Assembly (NCBI RefSeq): GCF_965278975.1
Contig: NZ_OZ257126.1
Location: forward strand, 3,653,113 to 3,717,112
DNA from: Ferrovibrio sp.
GTDB taxonomy: Bacteria > Pseudomonadota > Alphaproteobacteria > Ferrovibrionales > Ferrovibrionaceae
Direction of reading: 5' to 3'
DNA length: 64,000 nt
Position 1 is the first letter of the stretch; each line of letters starts with the position of its first letter. Of this stretch, positions 27,340 to 38,967 are shown piece by piece. The position numbers and the translations under genes were made by a program. The notes below the pieces were generated by a model. That model saw only the letters and a program-made list of their open reading frames with translations, made no database searches and had not been told where the DNA came from.

Positions 27340-28039
27340 CCATCATGTCCTTGCCTGAATAACCCCGGCGGTAAAACGGCACGCCGAGATCGGGGTTATG
27401 CAGCGCCGGCTCGGCCAGCCAGTCGGGCAGGCGGTGCAGCACTTCCTGGGTGATCGGCGGCAGGTCCAGCCGGGCGGCATCGTCTGGCGTGATCCAGAGC
27501 AGGTTGCCGAGTTCCTCCGAGGGCCGCAGCTCGCCAGTTGCGGCGCTGGCCGGGGCGGCGAAGAAGCGGGCATCGAAGCGGCGCGGGCGCTGTGGCGGCG
27601 TCACCGCGCGGCAGACATAAGTCAAGGCCGAGGGGTCGGGTGCCAGCAGGCAATCATCCGCCGTGCAGAACTCGCCCCAGCCCTCCGGCGGCTCGCCCTT
27701 GAAAGCGCGGCTGGCCGGGCCGGCAAGGCGCAGGCCGGTTTCCTCGAAGGTCTCGCGGATGGCGGCCAGCGCCAGGGCCAGTGCCTTGCGCGGGCCGGTG
27801 ACGCGGGCGCGGGCGAAGCGGGCGGCGGTGGCGACATTCAGCGGGGCTGCGGGGCGAACGCGGTAATCGGCCAAGTCCAGCCTGCCGCCGGGGAACACAT
27901 AGGTCTTTGGCATGAAGGCGTTGGAAGCGGCGCGTTCGCCGAGCAGCACTTGCAGCCTGCCGGCGTCAAAGCGGTAGAGGATCAGGGTGGCGGCGTCGCG
28001 GATCGGCTGCGGGGGCTTTTTCGGTGCTTCAGTCATCAT
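27329..28039 (-). CDS. NUDIX hydrolase, paralogue 1
   Basis: IRDAATLIL, FPGGRLD, AAIRETFEETG and RRFDARFF motifs. Confidence 0.88.
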   Translation of the reverse strand: MMTEAPKKPPQPIRDAATLILYRFDAGRLQVLLGERAASNAFMPKTYVFPGGRLDLADYRVRPAAPLNVATAARFARARVTGPRKALALALAAIRETFEETGLRLAGPASRAFKGEPPEGWGEFCTADDCLLAPDPSALTYVCRAVTPPQRPRRFDARFFAAPASAATGELRPSEELGNLLWITPDDAARLDLPPITQEVLHRLPDWLAEPALHNPDLGVPFYRRGYSGKDMMVLE

Positions 28040-28081
28040 TCTAATCTAACGCCTGTTAGCCGAGTCGCGGCAACGGCTATG

Positions 28082-30364
28082 TCAGCGGTTCTTCTGCTTC
28101 TTGCCGGTGCGGATGCCCGTGGGGCGGCCAGGCTTCGGCTTCTTTGGCCTCGGCAGTTTCACGTTCGATTGCTTGCGCGGCGAGGCCACGGTCCTGCCAT
28201 AGGCATTGAGCAATTCAAAGCGCAGGCCGCCGGTCACCGGCGTCGCCTCCACCAGCTGCACCATCACCGCATCGCCGAGCCGGAAGCGTTTCTTGGTGCG
28301 GCGGCCGACCAGCGCATGGCGGGCCTCGTCATGGATATAGAAATCATCGCCCAAAGCCGACATCGGCACGAAGCCATCGGCGCCGGTCTCGTCCAGTTCC
28401 ACGAACAGGCCGAAGCGGTTGACGCTGGTGATATGGGCGGCGAAATCGGCGCCCTCATGTTCGGCCATGAAGGCGGCAACGAAGCGGTCGAGGCTGTCGC
28501 GCTCGGCCAGCATCGAGCGGCGCTCGGTGAACGAGATATGCTCGGCGATATTGGCGAAGCTGGTGCGGTCGTCGTCGGTCAGGCCATCCGGGCCGAGCCG
28601 CAGGGCGCTGACCAGGCCGCGATGCACCAGCACGTCGGAATAGCGCCGGATCGGCGAGGTGAAATGCGCATAGCGCGCCAGGTTCAGGCCGAAATGGCCC
28701 TGGTTCTCGCCCGAGTAATAGGCCTGCATCTGGGTCCGCAAAACCACGGTGTTGACCAGCCGCATATGCTCGCTTTCCTTCACCGCCTCCAGGATGCGGT
28801 TGAAGTGGTGCGGGCGCAGCACCTGGCCCTTGGCCAGCCGCAGGTCCAGCGTTTCAAGGAAGCGGCGCAAGGAATCGACCTTGTCGGGCGAGGGCGGTTC
28901 ATGCACGCGGTACATGCAGGGCGTGCGGTGCTTTTCCAGTTCCTCTGCCGCCGCGACATTGGCGGCGATCATGAAATCCTCGATCACCTGATGCGCCAGC
29001 AACGACTGGCGCGGGCGGATCGCGGCGATGGCGCCGTTCGGTGCCAGCACCACGCGGCGTTCATCGGACGTGATGCTCAACGGCTGGCGTGCTTCACGGG
29101 CGCGGTTCAACCCCGCATGGCAGGCATAGAGTGGCTTCAGCACGCTTTCCAGCCAGGGTGCTGCGCCTTCATCGGGCGTGCCGTCGATGGCTTGCTGCAC
29201 CTGGGCGTAATGCAGCCCGGCGGCAACGCGGATGATGGCGCGGGTGAATTTATGCCGGCGCTTGTTGCCCTCGGCATCGAACCACAGATGCACCGCCAGC
29301 GAGGCGCGGTCCTGGTTCTCGATCAGCGAGCAGAGATCGGCCGACAGCGCCTCGGGCAGCATCGGCACCACGCGGTCGGGGAAATAGGTGGAATTGCCGC
29401 GCGCCCGCGCTTCGCGGTCCAGCGCGCTGCCGGGCCGCACATAATGCGCCACATCGGCAATCGCCACGATGGCATGCCAGCCGCCGGGATTGTTCGGATC
29501 GTCATCGGGCGCGGCGAATACCGCGTCGTCATGGTCGCGGGCATCTTCGGGGTCGATGGTGATCAGCGGCACGGGCCGCAGATCCTCGCGGTCTTTCGGC
29601 GTCACCGGCTTGGCGGCTTCCGCCTCGCGCATGGCTTCGCCCGAGAAGGCGGTGGGGATGCCATGGGTATGGATGGCGATCAGGCTGAGCGCGCGCGGAT
29701 CCTCGGCATGGCCGATCACCTCGGTAACACGCGCCGAGCGCAGGCCAAAGCGGCGGCCCGGCAGCGGCTGCGCCACCACCAGTTCGCCGGGCTTGGCCTT
29801 GCCGGCATCTTCCGGCGCGATAAGGAATTCATGGCGGATCTTGCGGTCGGTCGGCTGCAAGCGGCCTTCGCCATCCTCGGTAACGGCATAGAGGCCCAGC
29901 ACCGGCTGCTCGCGCTGTTCCAGCACGCGCACAATGCGGCCCTGATAGCGGTGCGAGCCGGCCTCGCGCACCCGCACCAGCACGCGGTCGCCGACGCCTA
30001 CGGCGCCGAGTTCACGACTGCGCTTGCCATTGTTGGCCAGGTCGATCTGCGGCGGATCGCCTTCGCCGGTCCATTCCACCGGCCGGGCCACCAGATCGCC
30101 ATCGCGGGTCTGGCGCACGATATCGGCCATGCAGATTTCCGGCAGCGTGCCGGTGGGCAGCAGGCGCTTGGTGCCTGCCGCGGCGGGCTGCAATTCGCCC
30201 TCGCGCTTCATCTCGCGCAACAGGCCCTTGAGCGCCACGCGCTCCGCCGGCGGGATGTTGAACGCCTTGGCGATTTCGCGTTTCCCGACCATGCCGGGGT
30301 TATCGGCAATGAAGCGCAGGATTTCCTGTTTCGAGGGCAGGTTGCCGCGCGGTTTCTTCGCCAC
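28082..30364 (-). CDS. rnr: Ribonuclease R
   Basis: N-terminal HTH, TIDPEDARDHDDA RNB motif, YAHFTSPIRRYSD, C-terminal S1 domain and basic tail. Confidence 0.96.
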   Translation of the reverse strand: MAKKPRGNLPSKQEILRFIADNPGMVGKREIAKAFNIPPAERVALKGLLREMKREGELQPAAAGTKRLLPTGTLPEICMADIVRQTRDGDLVARPVEWTGEGDPPQIDLANNGKRSRELGAVGVGDRVLVRVREAGSHRYQGRIVRVLEQREQPVLGLYAVTEDGEGRLQPTDRKIRHEFLIAPEDAGKAKPGELVVAQPLPGRRFGLRSARVTEVIGHAEDPRALSLIAIHTHGIPTAFSGEAMREAEAAKPVTPKDREDLRPVPLITIDPEDARDHDDAVFAAPDDDPNNPGGWHAIVAIADVAHYVRPGSALDREARARGNSTYFPDRVVPMLPEALSADLCSLIENQDRASLAVHLWFDAEGNKRRHKFTRAIIRVAAGLHYAQVQQAIDGTPDEGAAPWLESVLKPLYACHAGLNRAREARQPLSITSDERRVVLAPNGAIAAIRPRQSLLAHQVIEDFMIAANVAAAEELEKHRTPCMYRVHEPPSPDKVDSLRRFLETLDLRLAKGQVLRPHHFNRILEAVKESEHMRLVNTVVLRTQMQAYYSGENQGHFGLNLARYAHFTSPIRRYSDVLVHRGLVSALRLGPDGLTDDDRTSFANIAEHISFTERRSMLAERDSLDRFVAAFMAEHEGADFAAHITSVNRFGLFVELDETGADGFVPMSALGDDFYIHDEARHALVGRRTKKRFRLGDAVMVQLVEATPVTGGLRFELLNAYGRTVASPRKQSNVKLPRPKKPKPGRPTGIRTGKKQKNR

Positions 30365-30366
30365 GA

Positions 30367-33120
<2,754 letters not shown>

Positions 33121-33235
33121 CGGGTCCGGGGTATCTCGAATGAGGGCCGGCGGGGAGTGCCAGCGGGTGTTAACGGCGGCCAGAACATGGGCAAAAGCCG
33201 GGCCGCTGTCAAATCAGATCGCTTTAAGGGCGCCG

Positions 33236-33724
33236 CTACTTGGCTACTTCTTCAATCGTTTCAATTGGATAAGCGCCAACCAGGAGCATGCGTACCGACT
33301 CAGCCCCGCCGGTCAGCGGCAGCACCAGACGTTCCCAGGTGCGTTCCACCTGCCAGGCCGAGCGTTTGTCGCGGGAGGTATAGTCGAAGGTGGCCGTATA
33401 CTGGCGCGAGAGCGGGATGCCGGCACGCACGGCGGCGGCGTATTCGGTGCGCAGCAGCAAAGCCTGCTGCGGCGGCAGCGCCGAGATCGACTGGCCGGTC
33501 ATGTCGACCTTGAACTGATCGACGAAAGCCGAGCCGTAGAGCCTATATATATAGTCATCCTCGCCGCTGCGCTCGACCAGCATCAGGTGGCCGAGCCAGG
33601 GCCGCATCTCGATCGGATCGATATCGGCGCGGTCAGGCAGGGGCCGGCCCTGCCGCTTGCCGTCCCAATAGGCGTAAAGCGAGCGGAGCAGGGGCAGGGT
33701 CAGGACAGGCGCCGGGTCGGCCAT
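33236..33724 (-). CDS. PAS-domain protein (PAS_5/DUF1457-like)
   Basis: LYAYWDGKR--RPLPDRADIDP, YRLYGS and ERLVLPL motifs. Confidence 0.8.
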   Translation of the reverse strand: MADPAPVLTLPLLRSLYAYWDGKRQGRPLPDRADIDPIEMRPWLGHLMLVERSGEDDYIYRLYGSAFVDQFKVDMTGQSISALPPQQALLLRTEYAAAVRAGIPLSRQYTATFDYTSRDKRSAWQVERTWERLVLPLTGGAESVRMLLVGAYPIETIEEVAK

Positions 33725-33858
33725 CGGCTATTCCGAATCCTCCAAGGGCCGGTGGCGGCGAGATGACCGCGAATCGGCTGATTCATACTTTATTAACTAT
33801 AACCCGATTGGGCAGATCAGGATACCGTGGGGGCCGTGATTGGAGACGGGGGCATCAC

Positions 33859-34845
33859 ATGGGCAGGCGGGTATGGCTGGGATTGCTGCTGCTACTTCTG
33901 GGGGCCTGCGCGCCGAGCCTGGAGAAGTATAGCGTGCTGCCGGTGGCCGAACCGCCGCAGGGCGAGGTCGGCGTCGCCTTCCTGGGCGTTTCGACACTGC
34001 TGATCGACGACGGCGACACCAGGATCATGGTGGATGGCTTCTTCACACGGCCGGGCAAGTTGAAAACCTTGTTCGGCCGCATCAAGCCGGATGAGCATGT
34101 CATCGCGCCGGCCCTGGACAAATATCGCGCCAGGCCGCTGGCGGCGGTGGTGACGCTGCATTCGCATCATGACCACGCCATGGATGCGCCGCTGGTGGCC
34201 AAACTGGGCGGCGGCGCCACGTTGATCGGCTCGGAATCCACCCGGATGATCCGCGATGGCCTGGGTATCGATGTGCCGTTCGAGGCGGCCGAGCCGGGCA
34301 AGGCCCGCGCCTTCGGGAAGTTCAAGCTGACATTGCTGAAAGCGAGCCATTCCAAACAATCGTCCTGGGTCTCGGCACCGGGCCATCTGACCGCGCCGCT
34401 GAAACCGCCGGTGCGCTTCAACGATTATCTCGAAGGCGGCGCCTATGCGCTGCTGGTCGAGCATGGCCCGCGCCGCCTGCTGGTGCTGGGCAGCGCCGGC
34501 CTTATCAAGGCAGAGCAGTCATACAAGGCCGATGTGGTGTTTCTCGCCATCGGCGGCCTTGGCCGGGAGAAGGGAGACGTGCCGCGTGATCTTTGGAATA
34601 ACGCGGTGGTCGGCTCGCAGGCGAAGCGCGTCATCCCGACCCATTGGGATGATTTCACCCGGCCCTTAAGCAAGCCGCTGCAACCTTTCCCCTGGCCGTT
34701 CGACGATGTGCCGAAGGCGCTGGACGATCTATGCGCGAGGGCGGGCGGCAAGATCGAAGTAGTGCTGCCGCCCGTGGGCATACGCTTCGATCCGTTTGTG
34801 CGGCTGCCGGACCCGGCGGCAGCCTGCGAAGCCGGAAAACCCTGA
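33859..34845 (+). CDS. Metallo-beta-lactamase-fold lipoprotein
   Basis: Lipobox LLGAC, HSHHDH metal motif, IPTHWDDF. Confidence 0.85.
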   Translation: MGRRVWLGLLLLLLGACAPSLEKYSVLPVAEPPQGEVGVAFLGVSTLLIDDGDTRIMVDGFFTRPGKLKTLFGRIKPDEHVIAPALDKYRARPLAAVVTLHSHHDHAMDAPLVAKLGGGATLIGSESTRMIRDGLGIDVPFEAAEPGKARAFGKFKLTLLKASHSKQSSWVSAPGHLTAPLKPPVRFNDYLEGGAYALLVEHGPRRLLVLGSAGLIKAEQSYKADVVFLAIGGLGREKGDVPRDLWNNAVVGSQAKRVIPTHWDDFTRPLSKPLQPFPWPFDDVPKALDDLCARAGGKIEVVLPPVGIRFDPFVRLPDPAAACEAGKP

Positions 34846-34932
34846 GAATAGTGGCGCATGCGGTGCATTTCGGACTGCACGACAACTGCTGTGCAGTAGG
34901 CGCGGACGATCAACAATAACTATTCCATAAAT

Positions 34933-34951
34933 GTATATAATAATCATTCTT
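34933..34951. promoter_or_regulatory. Fur-box-like site upstream of the second TonB receptor
   Basis: GTATATAATAATCATTCTT matches 13/19 of the Fur consensus, in a very AT-rich intergenic region. Confidence 0.5.
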
Positions 34952-35055
34952 AATTGCTGGATAAATATGACAATAACTATTAAAAGCAATTTGAATCAGG
35001 CGATGGTGCAAAAAATCGCTGTTAATTGAGAAAAATGAGTATTTGAGGGGAAGTC

Positions 35056-37248
35056 ATGCGCAAAGTCGCAACGTTTGGAATCTCGGTGGGTCTATTGGCG
35101 TTTTATGCAGCCGAGGCCTCGGCACAGCAGGCGGGCGGCGCAAGCAACCCGACGGTGCTGCCGGTGGTGACGGTGGAGGGCGAGGCGATCAACACCGCCG
35201 CCCAGCGCGCCATCGAGGACAAGCGGGCCGCGCCGAACGCGATCACCGTGATCGAGGCCGAGCAGCTCAATCAGTTCGGCGACCAGCCGCTGGGCGATGC
35301 GCTGCGCCGCCTGCCGGGTGTCAGCTTCCCGGGCGGCAACCGGGCCCGCGACGTGCAGATTCGTGGCGTCGGTGTGGAATATTCCCAGGTGCTGGTGAAT
35401 GGCCGCGCCCTGATCGATGGCAACTCCAAGCGCAGCGTGCAGGTCGACCGCATCCCGAGTTCGATGGTGGAGCGGGTGGAGATCATCCGCGCGCCGCTGG
35501 CCAGCATGGATGGCCAGGGCTCGGCGGGCACGGTGAACATCATCCTCAAGAACCAGAATTTCAACTCGCGCGGCGAAGTGGGCGCCGGCGCCGGCTATCT
35601 CGGTGAAAACGGCCCGCTTGGCGATGCCACTTTCCTCCAGGCTTTCGAGGCCGGTCCGCTGCGCGCGGTGCTGTCTGGCGGCGTGCAGCGCCAGCGCCGC
35701 AACGAGAGCAAGGATACCTACACCTATACCGGCGCCGGCGGCGCCAATGGCGGCACGCTGGAAAAGAACGAGCGCCGCTTCGACCAGATCAACCTGACGC
35801 CGTCCTTTGAACTGGATGCCGGCGACCAGAACACGCTGCGTTTCGAGCCGAGCTATCTGCGCACGCGTGAACTGCGCGATGATGTTTCCACCGCTTTGCT
35901 GGCCAACCAGGTGACGGTGAATAACCGCGAAGTGGAAAAGCGCACCCGCGAACGCGAGAATTACGGCTTGTTCGGCGCCTGGACCCATGACTTCAGCAGC
36001 GCCACCGACCTGACATTGAGCATGGATTACCAGCAGGCGACCGAGGACACGCTGCGCCGCGCGGTGCGCTACACCGCCGCCGGTGTGCCGAACCGGGTGC
36101 GCAACCGTACCGAAATCATCGAACTGGAACGCTACAATCCGGCCCTGGTGCTGAAGCACCAGGTGGATGGCCATGAACTGAAATTCGGCAGCGATTATTC
36201 CTTCTCCACCCGCGACGAGGATAACAGCTCGGTCACCAACGGCGTGGTCGATGCGCCGAACCAGGGCCGCCGCTACGGTATCGAGGAAACGCGCTGGAAC
36301 GCTTTCGCCCAGGACAGCCTGCGCATCGGCCCCAGCGACCGCGTCACCTATGGCCTGCGGCTGGAAGATACCACCACCAAGACCGCTAATTTCTTTGGTG
36401 TCAGCCGCGAGCGCGACAATTTCTTCGTGCTGCCGTCGCTGAACTATGTCCACAATTTCGCGGGCGACCTGGATTTCCGCACCGGCGTCGCGCGCACCCT
36501 GCGCCGGCCCGACCTGCGCGAATTGTCGCCGAGTGTCGTCACCGCCGGCGGCACTGCCGCAAGCCCGGATACCGGCGGCAATCCAGACCTGGAGCCGGAA
36601 TCGATCTGGGGCCTGGATTTCGGCCTGGATCAGTATTTCTGGGGCAATCGCGGCCTGCTCTCGGGCAACATCTTCGCCCGTCATTTCACCGACAAGATCG
36701 AGAATATCCAGGCCACTGAAGCCGGCCGTATCGTGTCGCGCGGGCAGAATGTCGGCACCGGTCATATGTATGGCCTCGAACTCGAAGGCCGCCTGCCGCT
36801 CGGCTTTGTCGGCCTGGAGAACCTGACGCTGTGGGCCAACGCGACGCGGGTGTTCACCGAAGTGGAGGCCAAGGCCACCGGCCAGACGCGGCGTTTCCTG
36901 GATCAGCCCGATTATGTCGGCAATCTCGGCGTCGACTGGTTCGTGCCGATGCTGTCCACCACCTTCGGCGCCAGCGTCAACCTGGCCAGCGGCTATGAGC
37001 AGAATAACCGCCTGGCCGATGGCACCTCGCAATCCGCCGATGTGCGCGCGGCCGCCCGCGTCGATTTGTCGGCGCGGATCGAATTGACGAAGGAGATGGC
37101 ACTGAATATCTCTGCGCTGAACGTGTTCTCTGCCACCGAGAAGCGCAACGACCGCACCTACAACGCGGCCGGCGCGATGACCGCGCAGTCGCGTACCGAC
37201 GAGCCGACCTACCGCTCGATCTACATGCGGCTGATCTCGACCTTCTGA
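35056..37248 (+). CDS. TonB-dependent receptor
   Basis: Signal peptide, TonB box (PVVTVEG), plug (DALRRLPGVS, VERVEIIR), LSRTLRRP-like motif, NPDLEPE, terminal Phe. Confidence 0.92.
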   Translation: MRKVATFGISVGLLAFYAAEASAQQAGGASNPTVLPVVTVEGEAINTAAQRAIEDKRAAPNAITVIEAEQLNQFGDQPLGDALRRLPGVSFPGGNRARDVQIRGVGVEYSQVLVNGRALIDGNSKRSVQVDRIPSSMVERVEIIRAPLASMDGQGSAGTVNIILKNQNFNSRGEVGAGAGYLGENGPLGDATFLQAFEAGPLRAVLSGGVQRQRRNESKDTYTYTGAGGANGGTLEKNERRFDQINLTPSFELDAGDQNTLRFEPSYLRTRELRDDVSTALLANQVTVNNREVEKRTRERENYGLFGAWTHDFSSATDLTLSMDYQQATEDTLRRAVRYTAAGVPNRVRNRTEIIELERYNPALVLKHQVDGHELKFGSDYSFSTRDEDNSSVTNGVVDAPNQGRRYGIEETRWNAFAQDSLRIGPSDRVTYGLRLEDTTTKTANFFGVSRERDNFFVLPSLNYVHNFAGDLDFRTGVARTLRRPDLRELSPSVVTAGGTAASPDTGGNPDLEPESIWGLDFGLDQYFWGNRGLLSGNIFARHFTDKIENIQATEAGRIVSRGQNVGTGHMYGLELEGRLPLGFVGLENLTLWANATRVFTEVEAKATGQTRRFLDQPDYVGNLGVDWFVPMLSTTFGASVNLASGYEQNNRLADGTSQSADVRAAARVDLSARIELTKEMALNISALNVFSATEKRNDRTYNAAGAMTAQSRTDEPTYRSIYMRLISTF

Positions 37249-37271
37249 TCGTCAAGCAAAGGCAGCCCCAC

Positions 37272-38075
37272 ATGCCCGCGACCCCGCCCAATCCGTTGAA
37301 GCCGCCGATGCAATGGCGCTGGTGGCATAAATGGCTCGGTATCATCCTGCTGTTGCCGCTGCTGATCGTGGCGGTGACGGCGATCCTGCTGGCGCATGAC
37401 CGCTCGCTCGGCCTGCGCCAGATGCTGGTGGCGGCGGACTGGCTGCCGGGTTATGGCGAGGCCATGGCGGGCGTGGAAATCCGCGCCGCGCAGCGTGTTG
37501 GCGACATGGATTATGTTGCCACGCGCCTTGGCCTGTTCACGGTGCGCAATGGCAGTGTGGAAACCATCGCGGCCCTGCGTGGCACGGAATTGCGCGACCT
37601 GGCGGTTGCCGGCGACCGGCTCTATGCCGCTGCCCGCACCGGCATCTGGACGGGCCAGGCGGGGCAGGCGGAATGGCGCCAGCTGCTGAAGGCGGAAGCC
37701 TGGTCGGTGAATATCCGTGCCGATGGCAGCGTGGCGGCGGCAACGCGCGAACGCGGCCTGGTGGTTTCGGAAGATGGTGGCGCCCATTGGCGCAGTGAGA
37801 GCGGCCTGGCGCGTATTGTCGCCGAGCAGAGCGGCGTCGATCCGGGCGCGATCACCCTCAACCGCCTGATCCTCGATCTGCATACCGGCAAGGCGCTGTT
37901 CGGCAAGGATTACGAATGGCTGTGGATCGACATCACCGGCGCGGCGATGGTGTTCCTCAGCGTTTCCGGTTTCATCATGTGGTGGCGCGCCCGCCGCCAG
38001 CGCCTGCGCCTGGAAGGGCTGCGGCAGCAAAAGCTCGCGGCGCAGGCAGCCGCGGGCGGTCTAGCCAGCCGGTAA
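37272..38075 (+). CDS. PepSY-associated TM-helix protein with periplasmic beta-repeat domain
   Basis: WHKWLG---L-LLIVAVTAILL first helix, LILDLHTG and SGFIMWW second helix, BNR-like SEDGGAHW between them. Confidence 0.75.
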   Translation: MPATPPNPLKPPMQWRWWHKWLGIILLLPLLIVAVTAILLAHDRSLGLRQMLVAADWLPGYGEAMAGVEIRAAQRVGDMDYVATRLGLFTVRNGSVETIAALRGTELRDLAVAGDRLYAAARTGIWTGQAGQAEWRQLLKAEAWSVNIRADGSVAAATRERGLVVSEDGGAHWRSESGLARIVAEQSGVDPGAITLNRLILDLHTGKALFGKDYEWLWIDITGAAMVFLSVSGFIMWWRARRQRLRLEGLRQQKLAAQAAAGGLASR

Positions 38076-38933
38076 CGCCGGGAACAGCGTGGTGACATGG
38101 CTGCCGTGTGGCCTGTACATGTCGAGCGCGAAATCCTGGCACATGAGCAGCCGCAACTGGCGTTGCTGGGCAAAGTTGATAAAGGACATCTGTGACGAGA
38201 TGGTCTGCACCACGCCGCGATCCGTCAGTCGCGGCCCCAGTGCCGCCAGTTGCCGCTCGGTATCTGCCCGGCTTGGGCCGGTTTCATGAAAATAGAGGTC
38301 GATGCCGCCGCTCATTTCCGCCAGCATGTCGGCGGCATCGCCGCGCATGATGGTGCCGCGCCCGCCGGGGTAATGCACAAACAGGCTGCAGCTCTGGGCG
38401 GGATTGCCTTCGATGCCGATGAAGCTGCCATTCACGCCCTCCTGTTCGTTGCGGGCGAGGGCGGCGCAGATGATGATGGCGCCCAGCCCGCTTTCCACCC
38501 CGGCTTCCACAACCAGTTTCGGCTTCAGCGCCCGCACGAGAATATAATTGAGCAGACGGTGACCGGGGCTGAAGCTGGCGTTGGTGATGCCGCGCCGTTC
38601 CGAGACGGCATGCCTGGCGGCGACATAATCAGCGAGTTCCTGATTGTTCAGCAACTCCTCCGCATACCTTCGCGCTGCCGCCAGACTGATCCCGGTGACG
38701 GCGCTGGCATGCGCCGCCAGCGCCCATTGGGCATAGCGCGTTGACGTGTAGGTGAAGTTGGTAATTTCGCGTGAACGCCACAGCCAGCGCAGGCCCAGTT
38801 TGGCCAGCTGGTAGTGATGGCGCAGCAGATGGGCAATGCGCAGCGGCAGGAAAAAGCCCCAGCCATATCTGGATGCGAGGAGAAATCTCCGTAGTTCTGA
38901 CTTGGAATACCTGGAGTATTTCACCACCCGCAT
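38061..38933 (-). CDS. Class I SAM-dependent methyltransferase (Methyltransf_24-like)
   Basis: VVEAGVESGLG motif I, IGIE and IDLYFHE; 3' end overlaps the PepSY gene by 15 nt. Confidence 0.65.
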   Translation of the reverse strand: MRVVKYSRYSKSELRRFLLASRYGWGFFLPLRIAHLLRHHYQLAKLGLRWLWRSREITNFTYTSTRYAQWALAAHASAVTGISLAAARRYAEELLNNQELADYVAARHAVSERRGITNASFSPGHRLLNYILVRALKPKLVVEAGVESGLGAIIICAALARNEQEGVNGSFIGIEGNPAQSCSLFVHYPGGRGTIMRGDAADMLAEMSGGIDLYFHETGPSRADTERQLAALGPRLTDRGVVQTISSQMSFINFAQQRQLRLLMCQDFALDMYRPHGSHVTTLFPALPAG

Positions 38934-38967
38934 CCTTGCCGCCAAATCTACATAAGCGGCGCTCGCC

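Noticed and set aside
34921-34951. dif-like site (CATAA-ATGTATA-TAAT)
   Set aside because: The XerD arm matches only about 6/11 and spacing is off; better explained as a Fur-like AT-rich promoter.
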